A stretch of 64,000 nt of DNA from Escherichia phage vB_VIPECOMC06. The stretch lies in the sequence record PQ416618.1, one strand, 5' to 3'. Below the pieces are notes generated by a model. It was not told the DNA's origin. It searched no databases and was given only the letters and a program-made list of their open reading frames with translations. The translations under genes were made by a program, and so were the position numbers. Below, one piece after another: positions 1 through 12,986 of this stretch (position 1 is the first letter of the stretch; every line of letters begins with the position of its first letter).

Positions 1-2323
<2,323 letters not shown>

Positions 2324-3148
2324 TTATTGTTTTCTAGGACCAGGAGGGGTTGGTGGAGTCGGGATTGGAATATCATGAGTATAAGTTTGTTCAACTTCGC
2401 CATTCCAATCTTGTGCTTCAACGTCTCTCGGTTTAATTTCTGTATCAACTGATTCAAAAACATTGGCTGCTGTTTGAAGGTCTCGTTCATTAGCATGAAA
2501 ATCAAGATAAGTCGTTTTAATAAGGCCTTCTGCTGCGCCTACCGGAGGATACATCCATCCATTTACTTCAAATGTTAATGACCACTCTAAACGTCGACGG
2601 GATAAATTATCACCGTCTATTTGTTCATCCATTGCTGCTGACATCCATACGACTTTAATATCCCTTTCAAATGGAATATCCTGCCCATATTGCTCAATCA
2701 TAGTCGTATTAAAATGCGGCTGAAAATATGGAATAATTTGCTCAACGATTTGGAACATATCATCTTCATAACGAGTAAAGATGCTCAGTTCAAAAATCAT
2801 TTTAATTGGTGATGGGTTGTATTGGTCTACAATATCCTTAGTCGATTTACTCAAAAGAGAGTTATTCAATATATTCGTTTTAAATGTTGGGTTATAAACG
2901 AAATCTACCATTTGGAGATTTATACGTGGTAGAATAGTTTCGACTTTAGCCACATCTTCTTGTGAGTTTATAGAGGTCCATTTATTAAGTTTCATCATAA
3001 AGTGCTCTTTAGATGCATACGTAATAGGAACTCTAATTAATTTATTGCCTGTAGACAATTGACGGTTAACTTGGATATTTGAAAACAAATCGCCCATCAT
3101 TGTGATATATCGCCTGAACGACGAGTTGTAAAAATAACCAAACATCAT
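2324..3148 (-). CDS. 15: Tail sheath stabiliser / tail completion protein gp15
   Basis: 274 aa (T4 gp15 ~272 aa); position between 14 and 16. Confidence 0.85.
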   Translation of the reverse strand: MMFGYFYNSSFRRYITMMGDLFSNIQVNRQLSTGNKLIRVPITYASKEHFMMKLNKWTSINSQEDVAKVETILPRINLQMVDFVYNPTFKTNILNNSLLSKSTKDIVDQYNPSPIKMIFELSIFTRYEDDMFQIVEQIIPYFQPHFNTTMIEQYGQDIPFERDIKVVWMSAAMDEQIDGDNLSRRRLEWSLTFEVNGWMYPPVGAAEGLIKTTYLDFHANERDLQTAANVFESVDTEIKPRDVEAQDWNGEVEQTYTHDIPIPTPPTPPGPRKQ

Positions 3149-3197
3149 TTCTCCTAACCGGCCTTTCGACCGGTGTTTGCTTTATCTTATCTATTTA

Positions 3198-3962
3198 TTA
3201 ATTCATAAACCCATCGTCAAATGGTGAATTTTGTCTACCACGGTTGTTAACTACTACATACGGCTCAACGTATTCACTTGCCTCTGAATTGATTTGCTCA
3301 ACTTCAGAATATTCATCGATATTAATGTCATGGATACCGTCAAGATTTCTAACAGGGTTAAGTTCCAAGTCACTAAATTCAGGTATATTGATACCTTCAT
3401 TTTTCTGAAGCACCGGATTGATTTCTTCACCAGAGTAAATAAACTTGCCTGCAGTAATTTTACGAATTGCATTTTTACCTACTTGATAGAATGGGTCATA
3501 TGGTTCAACCCAGTTAATCTCAAACAAACTGTTGTCCATTGGGAAGTATATTAAATCACCTTCCTTGGGCTCCTGATTGTTGACCTGGTGTTTGAAAAGA
3601 CCTGGGTTAATAGATAATGTAACTTCGTCTTGAACTTGCATTCCGAAGTTGTTGAAGAACGATTTCGCTCCTTCATAACCTTCAAAAGAGTTCAGATATG
3701 CAGCAAATTTCCATGCTTTAGTAAATTTATTTTTAAGGTCCTCACCAAAGATAAGGTCCACGGCAACATATTCACGTGGAACATAAAAACATTCAATACC
3801 GCGCATCTGTATGCTTTCTGCCACTAGAACATCAGCTAAGGTTTGACTATTTTCATATTTGTTGAAGTTCACGTATTTGTTTAAAATCTCGGTTTCATTA
3901 GTTTTAGAATAGCCTTCTCGGTTTTCTAACTTTGCAAATAAATTTGAATTATACGTCGACAT
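3198..3962 (-). CDS. 14: Neck protein gp14
   Basis: 254 aa (T4 gp14 ~256 aa); synteny 13-14-15. Confidence 0.85.
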   Translation of the reverse strand: MSTYNSNLFAKLENREGYSKTNETEILNKYVNFNKYENSQTLADVLVAESIQMRGIECFYVPREYVAVDLIFGEDLKNKFTKAWKFAAYLNSFEGYEGAKSFFNNFGMQVQDEVTLSINPGLFKHQVNNQEPKEGDLIYFPMDNSLFEINWVEPYDPFYQVGKNAIRKITAGKFIYSGEEINPVLQKNEGINIPEFSDLELNPVRNLDGIHDINIDEYSEVEQINSEASEYVEPYVVVNNRGRQNSPFDDGFMN

Positions 3963-4584
3963 AATTCCATCCTGCCCATTTAGGTTTGTTGTTTTTGCAT
4001 CGGCCTATAACCGCGCTTGATGTGATATTAAATTCTTCACCACATTCTTTGCAGGTGTTAAATATTTTACCATTTACACTAACTTTTCGAGCTGCTGGAT
4101 TTTTTGAACCAGAAAAATCAGGATGTCTATGTTTGAAATCTTTCCACATTCTTGCTGTAGATTCTTTACGTTTTCTTAACCCTTCTTCAGTCCATTTTCT
4201 TGATTTTGCGGCGTCAGACATTTTCTTTCTAGATTGGGCTGAACGTTTTTGTCCTATAGATGGATTATCTTCTGGGTTAATATACGACCTTCCGCCTGCA
4301 CCACCTTTAACAAGATTTGCGCAATTTTCTAAAATGGATAATTCATCTACCAGTAACTCTTCAGCTTCATCCATTAGAGCTTTAGATTCAAATGGCTTAG
4401 ACCATATAATTTCTTTTATACAAGACGGACCGTATTTTCTTTTGGCCCTTCGTATAAAGGTACCAGACCCAGTATAAGGGTCTTTTGAAGGGTCTTCGTA
4501 AACTGATTTGTGTTTACCACCATAAATCTTTATACCGGTGGATGTTTCAAATGTTGTAATATACAATCTGTAGTATGTTGCCAT
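3949..4584 (-). mobile_element. Free-standing GIY-YIG homing endonuclease gene (seg-like) inserted between neck genes 13 and 14
   Basis: 211 aa; N-terminal YRLYITT...GIKIYGGKH resembles a GIY-YIG motif; basic NUMOD-like middle region; C-terminal CKECG...C Zn-finger-like; no intergenic space on either side; T4 has no gene at this position. Confidence 0.7.
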
Positions 4585-4585
4585 A

Positions 4586-5512
4586 TTAACCTACCAAAAT
4601 ACCTGCAGGAGGGTCCAGTAAATATAACTCTTCTCGTAAAGCTTCTTTCTCTAAACGAGCTTCTTCAATTAATCGAACACCATCAACAGTGACGCCACCC
4701 GGTAACATCATACCTTGATGTTTAGCAAGAATTTGTCCATTAAGCTCTTTAGCTAATGCAGTTGCATAATCTTTAACCCAGCGGTTGTTATATGCGCCTT
4801 GTTTAGTTGCAGGATCTTCACCAACTCGACGTCCGATCAAATTATGGTCTGGATTATCATAACGTTCAGAAATAGACCATGAATCACGAGGACCTACTTG
4901 ACCGTACCCTACTGTATTTCCTACCATCTTATGGGTCTCGATATAAGAGCGAACATACGATTCAACGATAATGACATCTTTCTGTCTAAAGTTACCCATT
5001 ACTTTTAATTGCTCGTTTGCAGAGTTAAACCAAAAATCTGGAAGAGGAGCAATCATATCTTGAAGCATACCCATATAAGATACTAATTGAGAATAATACC
5101 CGAGATCAGCGCCAAAAGCGTTCGGGCCGTAGAATTTACCGCAATTACTACCCATACCACCTGAAACACCTGCCATTCCTAAAAGGAAATCAGTGAACCA
5201 TGGATAAGTTGCATTACCATCCATTGAAGTAATAGAGCCAACGTTTGTTCTTATAATTCTTGTTACAGCAAATACGTTAGAACCACGCATATCAAATACG
5301 CCGTGACGGTATTTTTCTTCGTCATCAACAAAAAATACATGGAAACCTTTATTCAACCCGTCAAAATGGTATTCGCCATAAAGTTCTAACGCTCGTGAAA
5401 TACAATCATAAATTTGATCTGTAGTTAATTCAACATTTACAATAGGAGCGCCTAAACGACGTAATATTACGTCCTTTAATTCTTTAGGGTTTTGTGCATT
5501 ATAACCTGACAT
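4586..5512 (-). CDS. 13: Neck protein gp13
   Basis: 308 aa (T4 gp13 309 aa); synteny wac-13-14. Confidence 0.85.
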   Translation of the reverse strand: MSGYNAQNPKELKDVILRRLGAPIVNVELTTDQIYDCISRALELYGEYHFDGLNKGFHVFFVDDEEKYRHGVFDMRGSNVFAVTRIIRTNVGSITSMDGNATYPWFTDFLLGMAGVSGGMGSNCGKFYGPNAFGADLGYYSQLVSYMGMLQDMIAPLPDFWFNSANEQLKVMGNFRQKDVIIVESYVRSYIETHKMVGNTVGYGQVGPRDSWSISERYDNPDHNLIGRRVGEDPATKQGAYNNRWVKDYATALAKELNGQILAKHQGMMLPGGVTVDGVRLIEEARLEKEALREELYLLDPPAGILVG

Positions 5513-5523
5513 ATAAATCCTTT

Positions 5524-5539
5524 AGGGCCCGAAGGCCCT
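5524..5539 (-). terminator. GC hairpin (GGGCC-GAA-GGCCC) between wac stop and gene 13 start; terminator/RNA-stability-like
   Basis: Perfect inverted repeat agggcccgaaggccct seen directly; intergenic location. Confidence 0.4.
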
Positions 5540-5544
5540 TTTCA

Positions 5545-6993
5545 TTAAGCTGTAGGAAGTTCAACCCATGCACCGTCTTTGCGAACATAGAATTTACCGT
5601 CTGAAGGAGCATCTTCAATATATCCAGCTTCCTTAAGAGTTTGGATTTCAGCTTCTGCAGCGGCCAAATCAGTTTCAAGAGTAGCAATTCTAGAAGTTAA
5701 ACCATTAATTGTCGTATCGTGACTTTTAACTGTAGGCAATATACCACGTTCTTCAACAGTCGAACCATTTGGGTTGGTGCCGTTTATAAGAGTATTTAAT
5801 GTGTTTACAGAACCCTTAATCCCTGTGGTATTAGTCCCAACATCAGTTTGAATGTTCTGAATGTCATTACTCATCTCACCGATAGATCCTTCAAGCGCTC
5901 GAGTACGATAAAGCAAAGAGCCGGCTGGTTCCGGTTTCCCACCTGAAGCGTCAACACCAACTACGTTATTTAACCATGACACATTAAAACGCAATCCTGA
6001 CGAAGAATCAGAGCCGACAACAGTGTTCAATGCTCCGATAGCATCAGTATTGAGTTTAATACGTCCTTGGATTGTAGTAGGCAAATCATCGGTGCCGATG
6101 GCAGTTTCTACTGTAGTCAAACGAGGTTTAATACCACCTGATTGATTGAGCTCAAGATTAATGTCGTTTATTGCTGAACTATTCGCATTAGTTGTAGTAA
6201 TAATAGAAGTCGTATTAGGATACCCAATAGACTGTTTAATGCCATCTAAGTCAGCATTTTGACGCGACAAAGTTAAATCAATACCGGAAAGACGACTAAA
6301 TACTGGAGTAGTGAAAGAAGTGCGAGGTCCCATTTCTTCGCGTAAGTGTTCGACTTCATTAGTTAAAGAGCCGACGTCAGAATCAGCAAATTTAGTTTCT
6401 AAATCAGTTAATCGAACACCGTGGTCAACAATCACAGAGCTATTAGTCATAATACGGCGTTTCATACCAGTGCTATCATTTCCTGGAGTAGGAACCCCAT
6501 TAATATCTTGACCGGTATATTGTCCTAATTCATTTTTAATCCAAAGCAGGTCGTTACGAACAGTTCTATAAACTGAATCTGTTTCCTGATTATAAACACC
6601 GATATCATCAGTATTCGCATCAATATGTTCATTCAAATCATTCAATTCACTAGCATGGGTTTGAACTGTGACTTTAATGACATCGATATCTTGGGTGTTC
6701 TGACCAATCTGTGCAAGTGCTTCGACGTCCCCGGAAACATCTAAAATACCTTGAATAACTTTTATATCTTCATTGGCTGTATTCAAAGAAGATGCTATAG
6801 TTTTAATATTAGTATCTAACGCTTCTACGTTACGTTGAACTTCAACAATAGGACGGTTCATTACACCTTCAGAACCGTATTTTGTATCAGCACCGGTAAT
6901 TTCTTCGTCGTTTTTAATCCATTCAATACGACTCTGACCCGCATCTGGCGGGCCGTCAACATATGGTAAATCTACCAGAGTTATATCAGCCAT
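5545..6993 (-). CDS. wac: Fibritin (whisker protein) with C-terminal foldon
   Basis: 482 aa; N-terminus [28 protein letters not shown] and C-terminal foldon GYIEDAPSDGKFYVRKDGAWVELPTA match T4 Wac. Confidence 0.92.
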   Translation of the reverse strand: MADITLVDLPYVDGPPDAGQSRIEWIKNDEEITGADTKYGSEGVMNRPIVEVQRNVEALDTNIKTIASSLNTANEDIKVIQGILDVSGDVEALAQIGQNTQDIDVIKVTVQTHASELNDLNEHIDANTDDIGVYNQETDSVYRTVRNDLLWIKNELGQYTGQDINGVPTPGNDSTGMKRRIMTNSSVIVDHGVRLTDLETKFADSDVGSLTNEVEHLREEMGPRTSFTTPVFSRLSGIDLTLSRQNADLDGIKQSIGYPNTTSIITTTNANSSAINDINLELNQSGGIKPRLTTVETAIGTDDLPTTIQGRIKLNTDAIGALNTVVGSDSSSGLRFNVSWLNNVVGVDASGGKPEPAGSLLYRTRALEGSIGEMSNDIQNIQTDVGTNTTGIKGSVNTLNTLINGTNPNGSTVEERGILPTVKSHDTTINGLTSRIATLETDLAAAEAEIQTLKEAGYIEDAPSDGKFYVRKDGAWVELPTA

Positions 6994-8576
6994 TATTTTA
7001 CCTTAATAATATAGTTTAAAGAAATATTCCATGGACGAGTTTCATTTCCAATTAATTCTGGACGATTCATGGTATATTTAGAGTTACGCTGAGACGCTGG
7101 ATCAATTTCATATCCTTCGTTAGTAAAATATGAACGGTTATCCCAGTCAAGTCCTTTACGAGTACCAACAAAGTTTGAACGACGAGTATTACCAAATGCA
7201 CCGGAATCATCGTGTTCGCCAAAACCACCAGCATGTTTATGATATGACATCTGTTGTTTTTGCACTTCACCGACATATCCACCAGTACAACCAACTCCTA
7301 AACGAGGTTTACCAAATTGGTCATTACCATTAACATTAGGGTTAGTTAAATGTGTACCACGACCTGAGCCGCGAACAAATAATCCGCGCATATCAGGCAA
7401 GCCCGGGTTAGAAGAGCTACCACCATATCGTGTCCCAATTCTGGAAGCATATACCGGACATTCTGAAGCAGAAACGGTCCCACCGTGACAGAAGCGCCAG
7501 TCAGAACTCGGTAAACTATCTGCAGCCCACATTGTAATAGAGCCAACAGGAAGAATTCGGTCTAATTCATTTTGAGTCACAATACGATTGCCTTGAATAT
7601 AACCACCAGTCATATTGACATTACCAGTTATATTAGCTCCACCAGAACCAACCGTCAACGTATTATTAATGCGAAGCGTGCCGTTAATAGTTTGTCCACC
7701 TCGTTGGTGGATAACATCAGCATTCCAAGCAAGGGCAGAAGAACCATCACCACCTGATTGGCTACCCGCTTGTGTAGTTAAACGAACAACTCCACGTAAA
7801 GAAGTTGTAGCCCCACGCCCGTTTAATGTTGCGCCGGTCACTACAACTGAAGAGTTGTTACTATTTACTTCAGTCTGTGTCCCTAGTTTAACGACGCCTT
7901 TATTAGTTTCTGATGCTACTGAATTCATAAAGGTATAAGGTGAAATTGCATAGCCTTCACGCAGGGTGCCTTGTTGTGCTTGTGCAACTGTAGCTAAACG
8001 AACAACACCGGTAATAGATTCGGTGGCGTCACTATTATTTGGAGCAATTTGCGAAATAAGTTTAATTGCTAATTGCTGTGTTTTTAACGGGGTCATTGCC
8101 GTTGTATCGTCAGAACCAGCTAATGCCGCAGCAGAAGTTGAAATTTTAATTACACCATTTGTTGCTTCTGTTGACACTTTTGTCTGAAATACATTGTCTA
8201 TTTTTTGATTCAATTTAAGCGGAGTAATTGATGCATCGTCAATAGCTCCGGTTACTGCTTCATCTTCAGTAGCATAACGAGTTAAACCATATTGTGTTTC
8301 GGTTGCATTAGGATATTGTAGACGAGCATTCAGTGTTGCCGGAGTAACAGCTTTACTATTATCTAATCCATCAATAACTTCTTGTGGAGTAGCTATTTGA
8401 ATAATTCCTGGTGTAGTAGTTGTTGCTTCCGGTACGCCATTAACACCTGAAGGAGAAATAGCAGCTAATGCGGCTTGGACATTAGTGACTGTATCTGGAA
8501 AATTCGACCCCGTAGGGTCGAATTCAACGTAAACGGATTCGTTTGAAACGTGTTGGTATGTATTGTTATTACTCAT
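6993..8576 (-). CDS. 12: Short tail fibre protein gp12
   Basis: 527 aa, identical length to T4 gp12; C-terminal receptor-binding region; synteny 11-12-wac. Confidence 0.9.
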   Translation of the reverse strand: MSNNNTYQHVSNESVYVEFDPTGSNFPDTVTNVQAALAAISPSGVNGVPEATTTTPGIIQIATPQEVIDGLDNSKAVTPATLNARLQYPNATETQYGLTRYATEDEAVTGAIDDASITPLKLNQKIDNVFQTKVSTEATNGVIKISTSAAALAGSDDTTAMTPLKTQQLAIKLISQIAPNNSDATESITGVVRLATVAQAQQGTLREGYAISPYTFMNSVASETNKGVVKLGTQTEVNSNNSSVVVTGATLNGRGATTSLRGVVRLTTQAGSQSGGDGSSALAWNADVIHQRGGQTINGTLRINNTLTVGSGGANITGNVNMTGGYIQGNRIVTQNELDRILPVGSITMWAADSLPSSDWRFCHGGTVSASECPVYASRIGTRYGGSSSNPGLPDMRGLFVRGSGRGTHLTNPNVNGNDQFGKPRLGVGCTGGYVGEVQKQQMSYHKHAGGFGEHDDSGAFGNTRRSNFVGTRKGLDWDNRSYFTNEGYEIDPASQRNSKYTMNRPELIGNETRPWNISLNYIIKVK

Positions 8577-9232
8577 GAGGCTCTCACAAAGTGGTAGAAA
8601 ACGGTAGGAGTATCATGGTTATCAAGAGTAACCGTTTGGGCACCCAATAAATTCCATGTTCCGTATCCGGATTTTGCTTCAGACAAAATTTCTTGCGAAA
8701 TTGTTACACCAAACGAAGCATATGTTGGCAACACATGACGTTGGTTATCTAAATATGTCACCTGAAGTTTATTACCTTCAGACGGATGGTCTTTATAAGA
8801 AGAAATAGCGATTTGATTAGCAATGGCTTCTTGTAAAGCTATACGAACTTGTGCCGTTAATTCGTTATCAGTCATACCGATTGTTGCTTTAACAGCAAGT
8901 CCAAATACGTTAATAACGACTGGCGTTCCAGTGTCCAAAGTATCGTCGAGAACATCACCAGAAAAAGTCCAATAATCAACTTGTGCTGTACCTTCAGGCG
9001 ATATGCCTGAAGTGTTTGTGACAACAGTACCAATATCGGCTCGTGCCATATTATGGACATCATTTATTGCAGATTCTACGTTAGCATCATAAAAACCGCG
9101 AGCTAACTGAGAAATAGTTACGGAACCTACAGCTTGGTTGTTTAAAACATCAATTTGAGCTGGGTTTTTTCTGTAATTCAAAAAATCAGCATGACGGGAA
9201 ATAACTCCCGCCTTTGTATTAAGTACAGTCAT
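8573..9232 (-). CDS. 11: Baseplate wedge protein gp11 (short tail fibre attachment)
   Basis: 219 aa from Met [12 protein letters not shown], matching T4 gp11 start and length; TAATG overlap with gene 10 stop. Confidence 0.88.
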   Translation of the reverse strand: MTVLNTKAGVISRHADFLNYRKNPAQIDVLNNQAVGSVTISQLARGFYDANVESAINDVHNMARADIGTVVTNTSGISPEGTAQVDYWTFSGDVLDDTLDTGTPVVINVFGLAVKATIGMTDNELTAQVRIALQEAIANQIAISSYKDHPSEGNKLQVTYLDNQRHVLPTYASFGVTISQEILSEAKSGYGTWNLLGAQTVTLDNHDTPTVFYHFVRAS

Positions 9233-11037
9233 TATGCAATCCTTACCCAACGGTATACAGTTATAGATGGCTGAATATTAGTTATAGAACGCGCTGGAAC
9301 ATGAGATCCATTAGTCTTTGCATAGTCTTCACGATATTTAGTGTAAATAGGACCTTCTTCATCTGGGTCATATTGGCAACCGCCTATAATTACTGTACCA
9401 TTATCATCAGAAATAAGAACCTTTTCATCGGTTTGTGTAGCTGGTAAATCAGCATTTTCTAATGTGATGGTTGTTACACCAACGGTACCACCTGCGGTAT
9501 GAGTAGGGTTACCATTGACGTCAAGGTCATTATTATTTAATGCAAAATTAGGATCCGACGCGTCGTCATTCCAACCTGCTAATACTTTGCCTTGTCCCCA
9601 AATTTTCCACGAACCAAAACCTAAATAAGTTGCCGGATTATTAGGGTTAACCGCATTTTCGTAAATAGTCCCGACAGGATAAATTGTATCAAATATTGCT
9701 GAGATAGTCGAGAATTCACGTTCATACTTAGGAACAGGTTCTACATTAGGCCATCCAATTTTATCGAAATCAGTTAATGCAACGTCACCAGTAATTTCAA
9801 CGTTAGACCCTTGAGAAACATATTTCTCATCAGCGACATCAAGGATTTCTTCCATTTCAAGAAGAGTTCCTAAATCGTTATTAAACCATGTGATGGTAAT
9901 AATGTCTTGGTCTTCAAATTGACGGTCAAACAGAATTGCGCTAGGGATATTATCAGTATATTCAATCGCATAATCTGTATACGATTGAGTCCATGTCCCA
10001 CCGAGATTAGCGCATGACTCTTCAGAATCGGCATCCACACCTTCACAACGGAAAATAGGAGTTCCAACAGTACCCGCTAATTCTTGGAGAATACCATTGA
10101 AGCGAACTTCTAATGAATTCGGGTTAGGTGGTTCTGTAGGATTAATACCAAATGCTGTAAATGGAATAGACCTGAATGTACTCAAATCAGTGACGTAAAT
10201 ACTTCCGTCAATAGACTTTTTAGCAGTCAATTTACTATCTAAAATGCGAACTTGGCGACGAGTATATGAACTACGCCACTGAGAAACACCATCTAGGAAT
10301 GTCTCAATTTGTACAGTGTCCCCAACATTACATGGTTGGCGTAATCTAATATTAAATCCATCGAGTGCAACCAGTTCACCAGGATTAGCGCCTGGAGAAC
10401 CAAAATCACTATTATCACTGAATACATCACCATAATACAATTCGTTGCCACGATGTTTTACGCGAATGTTGTTAACGTTATAAGAGGTACCGTTAAAAAC
10501 ATCCATGAAATCGGTCTGACCTTGGGTTTCAACCAGATATTCTCTACGAGCAACATTACTAATGTCAGAGCTAACTATTTTATCAATTTGTTTGTTCTTG
10601 ATGTATTCCCAACGTCCAGGAGCACAATAAACTAATTCTAAATCAGAGAACTGAACGTTAATTTCTACCGGAGATGAAGAACCTTTAATCGTGTCTCCAT
10701 TTGCCGGAATTAAAGTAACAGGGTTAATGTTCCAAGTTGCAAATACGTCACGAGCACGAATAACTTTATTATAGTCTGCAATTGTCCCTTTAGGAAGATT
10801 TACAGAAACTCGCCCGGAAGTAGTATTAATTGCATAAGATTTACCCCAAGCAGCATTAAGATTAAGACCATCAGCCGCATCATAAGTCTTCCATGCGCCA
10901 GCGGAATAAGGAACTTCACCATCACCTAATTCATAATAGATTTCGTCAAAGTTCTCATTTATTTTTTCACCACCTCGACGAAGGTAATCGCCTTGTCCGT
11001 CATCAACGACGTTACCAATTTTAATATTTTGTTTCAT
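9232..11037 (-). CDS. 10: Baseplate wedge protein gp10
   Basis: 601 aa (T4 gp10 602 aa); synteny. Confidence 0.88.
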   Translation of the reverse strand: MKQNIKIGNVVDDGQGDYLRRGGEKINENFDEIYYELGDGEVPYSAGAWKTYDAADGLNLNAAWGKSYAINTTSGRVSVNLPKGTIADYNKVIRARDVFATWNINPVTLIPANGDTIKGSSSPVEINVQFSDLELVYCAPGRWEYIKNKQIDKIVSSDISNVARREYLVETQGQTDFMDVFNGTSYNVNNIRVKHRGNELYYGDVFSDNSDFGSPGANPGELVALDGFNIRLRQPCNVGDTVQIETFLDGVSQWRSSYTRRQVRILDSKLTAKKSIDGSIYVTDLSTFRSIPFTAFGINPTEPPNPNSLEVRFNGILQELAGTVGTPIFRCEGVDADSEESCANLGGTWTQSYTDYAIEYTDNIPSAILFDRQFEDQDIITITWFNNDLGTLLEMEEILDVADEKYVSQGSNVEITGDVALTDFDKIGWPNVEPVPKYEREFSTISAIFDTIYPVGTIYENAVNPNNPATYLGFGSWKIWGQGKVLAGWNDDASDPNFALNNNDLDVNGNPTHTAGGTVGVTTITLENADLPATQTDEKVLISDDNGTVIIGGCQYDPDEEGPIYTKYREDYAKTNGSHVPARSITNIQPSITVYRWVRIA

Positions 11038-11909
11038 TATTGAGCGACCCCAATTTTCTGAGTTGAGATAATTTTAACTGCTGAACGTAATCCAATAATA
11101 TCAGATGTAATCGTCATAGTAGCAAAGTTGTTAATAATACTAAAGCTAATATTAGCAATCTCGTCGGTTTCATCTACATTACCAACTCGCATTACTGCAA
11201 ATTCAGTAGAAAGAACTTCTGAGTTAATTGTATCTATTAGAATATTTATTTCGCATGTTTTTATTTTTCTACCGTCGGCGGATTGACATGTAACAAGCAA
11301 TTTAGCCATGTTATAATCTGTGCGATAAAACAGAGGAATAGAAACTGTGTTTCCTGTAAGACTCCAAGTCCCATCGACAGGAGATTCTTTCTGTCCAAAC
11401 ATGCTATCAGTAGAATAATTCCATACTGAAGTTGGCCCATTAATTTCAATACAACGAAGAACAACATGTGTATAAGGGGTGGAAATAACAAGATTATTAA
11501 GAACGCCTTTAATTGAACCATCAGTTACTTGGATACTTAAAGGATTGTTAACAGAAATAGACCCATTAGAGTTTATGAATTCTACAGAGTCACCTAATTC
11601 AGGACGGTCAATAATAACAATCACACCACCATCAGAAGCGTCAATATCATGCATGGTGCCTGGTTTAATAGGAGTTTGATAATCGATCGCCTTTCCTTTT
11701 TGATAATAACCTGTGGCATGAATAGTTTGACCTGTAGGTCCGGTTCCGTCTGCTACAGCCATTTTACGTTGATCGCCAAATGCATTGTAAATAGCGTTGA
11801 TATCGTCATTTATTTTATTACCACCGTCGAATAAGATATCACCTGTTGAGGCATTACCAATTTCGCCGGTATCGATTAATTGTTTAGGAGTTTGCTTAAA
11901 AAATGCCAT
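11037..11909 (-). CDS. 9: Baseplate wedge protein gp9 (long tail fibre socket)
   Basis: 290 aa (T4 gp9 288 aa); synteny. Confidence 0.85.
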   Translation of the reverse strand: MAFFKQTPKQLIDTGEIGNASTGDILFDGGNKINDDINAIYNAFGDQRKMAVADGTGPTGQTIHATGYYQKGKAIDYQTPIKPGTMHDIDASDGGVIVIIDRPELGDSVEFINSNGSISVNNPLSIQVTDGSIKGVLNNLVISTPYTHVVLRCIEINGPTSVWNYSTDSMFGQKESPVDGTWSLTGNTVSIPLFYRTDYNMAKLLVTCQSADGRKIKTCEINILIDTINSEVLSTEFAVMRVGNVDETDEIANISFSIINNFATMTITSDIIGLRSAVKIISTQKIGVAQ

Positions 11910-11942
11910 AATTCTGCCTTTTGTTGTCCGATATTATATTCT

Positions 11943-11950
11943 ATTTATAG
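11943..11950 (-). promoter_or_regulatory. T4-type late promoter TATAAATA for gene 9
   Basis: Plus strand reads tatttata (reverse complement TATAAATA) about 34 nt upstream of the gene 9 start codon. Confidence 0.55.
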
Positions 11951-11960
11951 ATACAAAAAT

Positions 11961-11978
11961 GGGAGCCCGAAGGCTCCC
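11961..11978 (-). terminator. Hairpin gggagcccgaaggctccc followed by a T-run on the minus strand, downstream of gene 8
   Basis: Perfect inverted repeat with GAA loop in the 8/9 intergenic region. Confidence 0.5.
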
Positions 11979-11981
11979 TAA

Positions 11982-12986
11982 TTAAAACATAAACAAAATG
12001 TTAATTTCTTCTGTTTGGTCCATTGCCATAATAACAGGTGGTCGGTTTTCCATATAAATCATTTCACCAGAATGACGCTGCAGGTCTCTAGGGTCGTAAT
12101 AATCCTTTTCTGCTTTAACATTAGGGTCATTTGGATTTTTCTTAGCTTCTAACGGGTTTGCGATAATTGATATCTGTCTAAAACCCTTGTTACCAGGCAA
12201 AGCTGCCTCAGGGAAATAAACAGAATCAAAATACGCTTTAAACCGCATCGTATTGGCTTTAACACGGTAAATCAAGCCGTAGTCATCTTGTTGCCAAGTT
12301 AAGTTATTTTCATATCCCCAACGGGTGGGGTCTTCTTTAATTTCTTCCGGCCATGGAACTACAAGATATTCATTAGTGCAACGGTTAATTGACACATCGG
12401 CAGGAATCTCATAAAGGTATTCCCAAATATACCCATCACCGGTTTCGATAACCCCATTAGCATCGCCTCTGCCTTCAGGAGGAGACATAGAACGAACAGA
12501 CGGAGTCCATTTACCACCTAATTTAAGACATTCATCTTTATTATCTAAAGATTCTATTGAACAGAGCCCTACGTCAGGGACATCTAAACAACGGTAAATT
12601 AACCAACCAGCTCCAACTTCTGTCGCGTTGTACGGAGCAGTATTACATGCGACTATATCGTTAATTCTAAACGTGTAAGGGTCTGGATATCGCACATCTC
12701 CCCAATCACGTCTAGGAATAACAGAATCTAACATTGAAGGTAAAACTTTAACGGTGCCCATCATATGGGTCCACATATCAGTAACACCAAGAACAGAATC
12801 TGTAGGATAAGGTGGGGCGAAGCCCACCTCATTTTCATTTGACGCCCAAGGCTCTGAACGTCCAAACGTAATATAAATGGAGTTCTTATCATCTCCATCC
12901 CCAACTGAATTATAAAAATTCAGCATTTTCTCTGTTCTAAATTTTGATGTAACTATTGCACGATAGATAACACTTGAATCATTCAT
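11982..12986 (-). CDS. 8: Baseplate wedge protein gp8
   Basis: 334 aa, same as T4 gp8; synteny. Confidence 0.88.
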   Translation of the reverse strand: MNDSSVIYRAIVTSKFRTEKMLNFYNSVGDGDDKNSIYITFGRSEPWASNENEVGFAPPYPTDSVLGVTDMWTHMMGTVKVLPSMLDSVIPRRDWGDVRYPDPYTFRINDIVACNTAPYNATEVGAGWLIYRCLDVPDVGLCSIESLDNKDECLKLGGKWTPSVRSMSPPEGRGDANGVIETGDGYIWEYLYEIPADVSINRCTNEYLVVPWPEEIKEDPTRWGYENNLTWQQDDYGLIYRVKANTMRFKAYFDSVYFPEAALPGNKGFRQISIIANPLEAKKNPNDPNVKAEKDYYDPRDLQRHSGEMIYMENRPPVIMAMDQTEEINILFMF

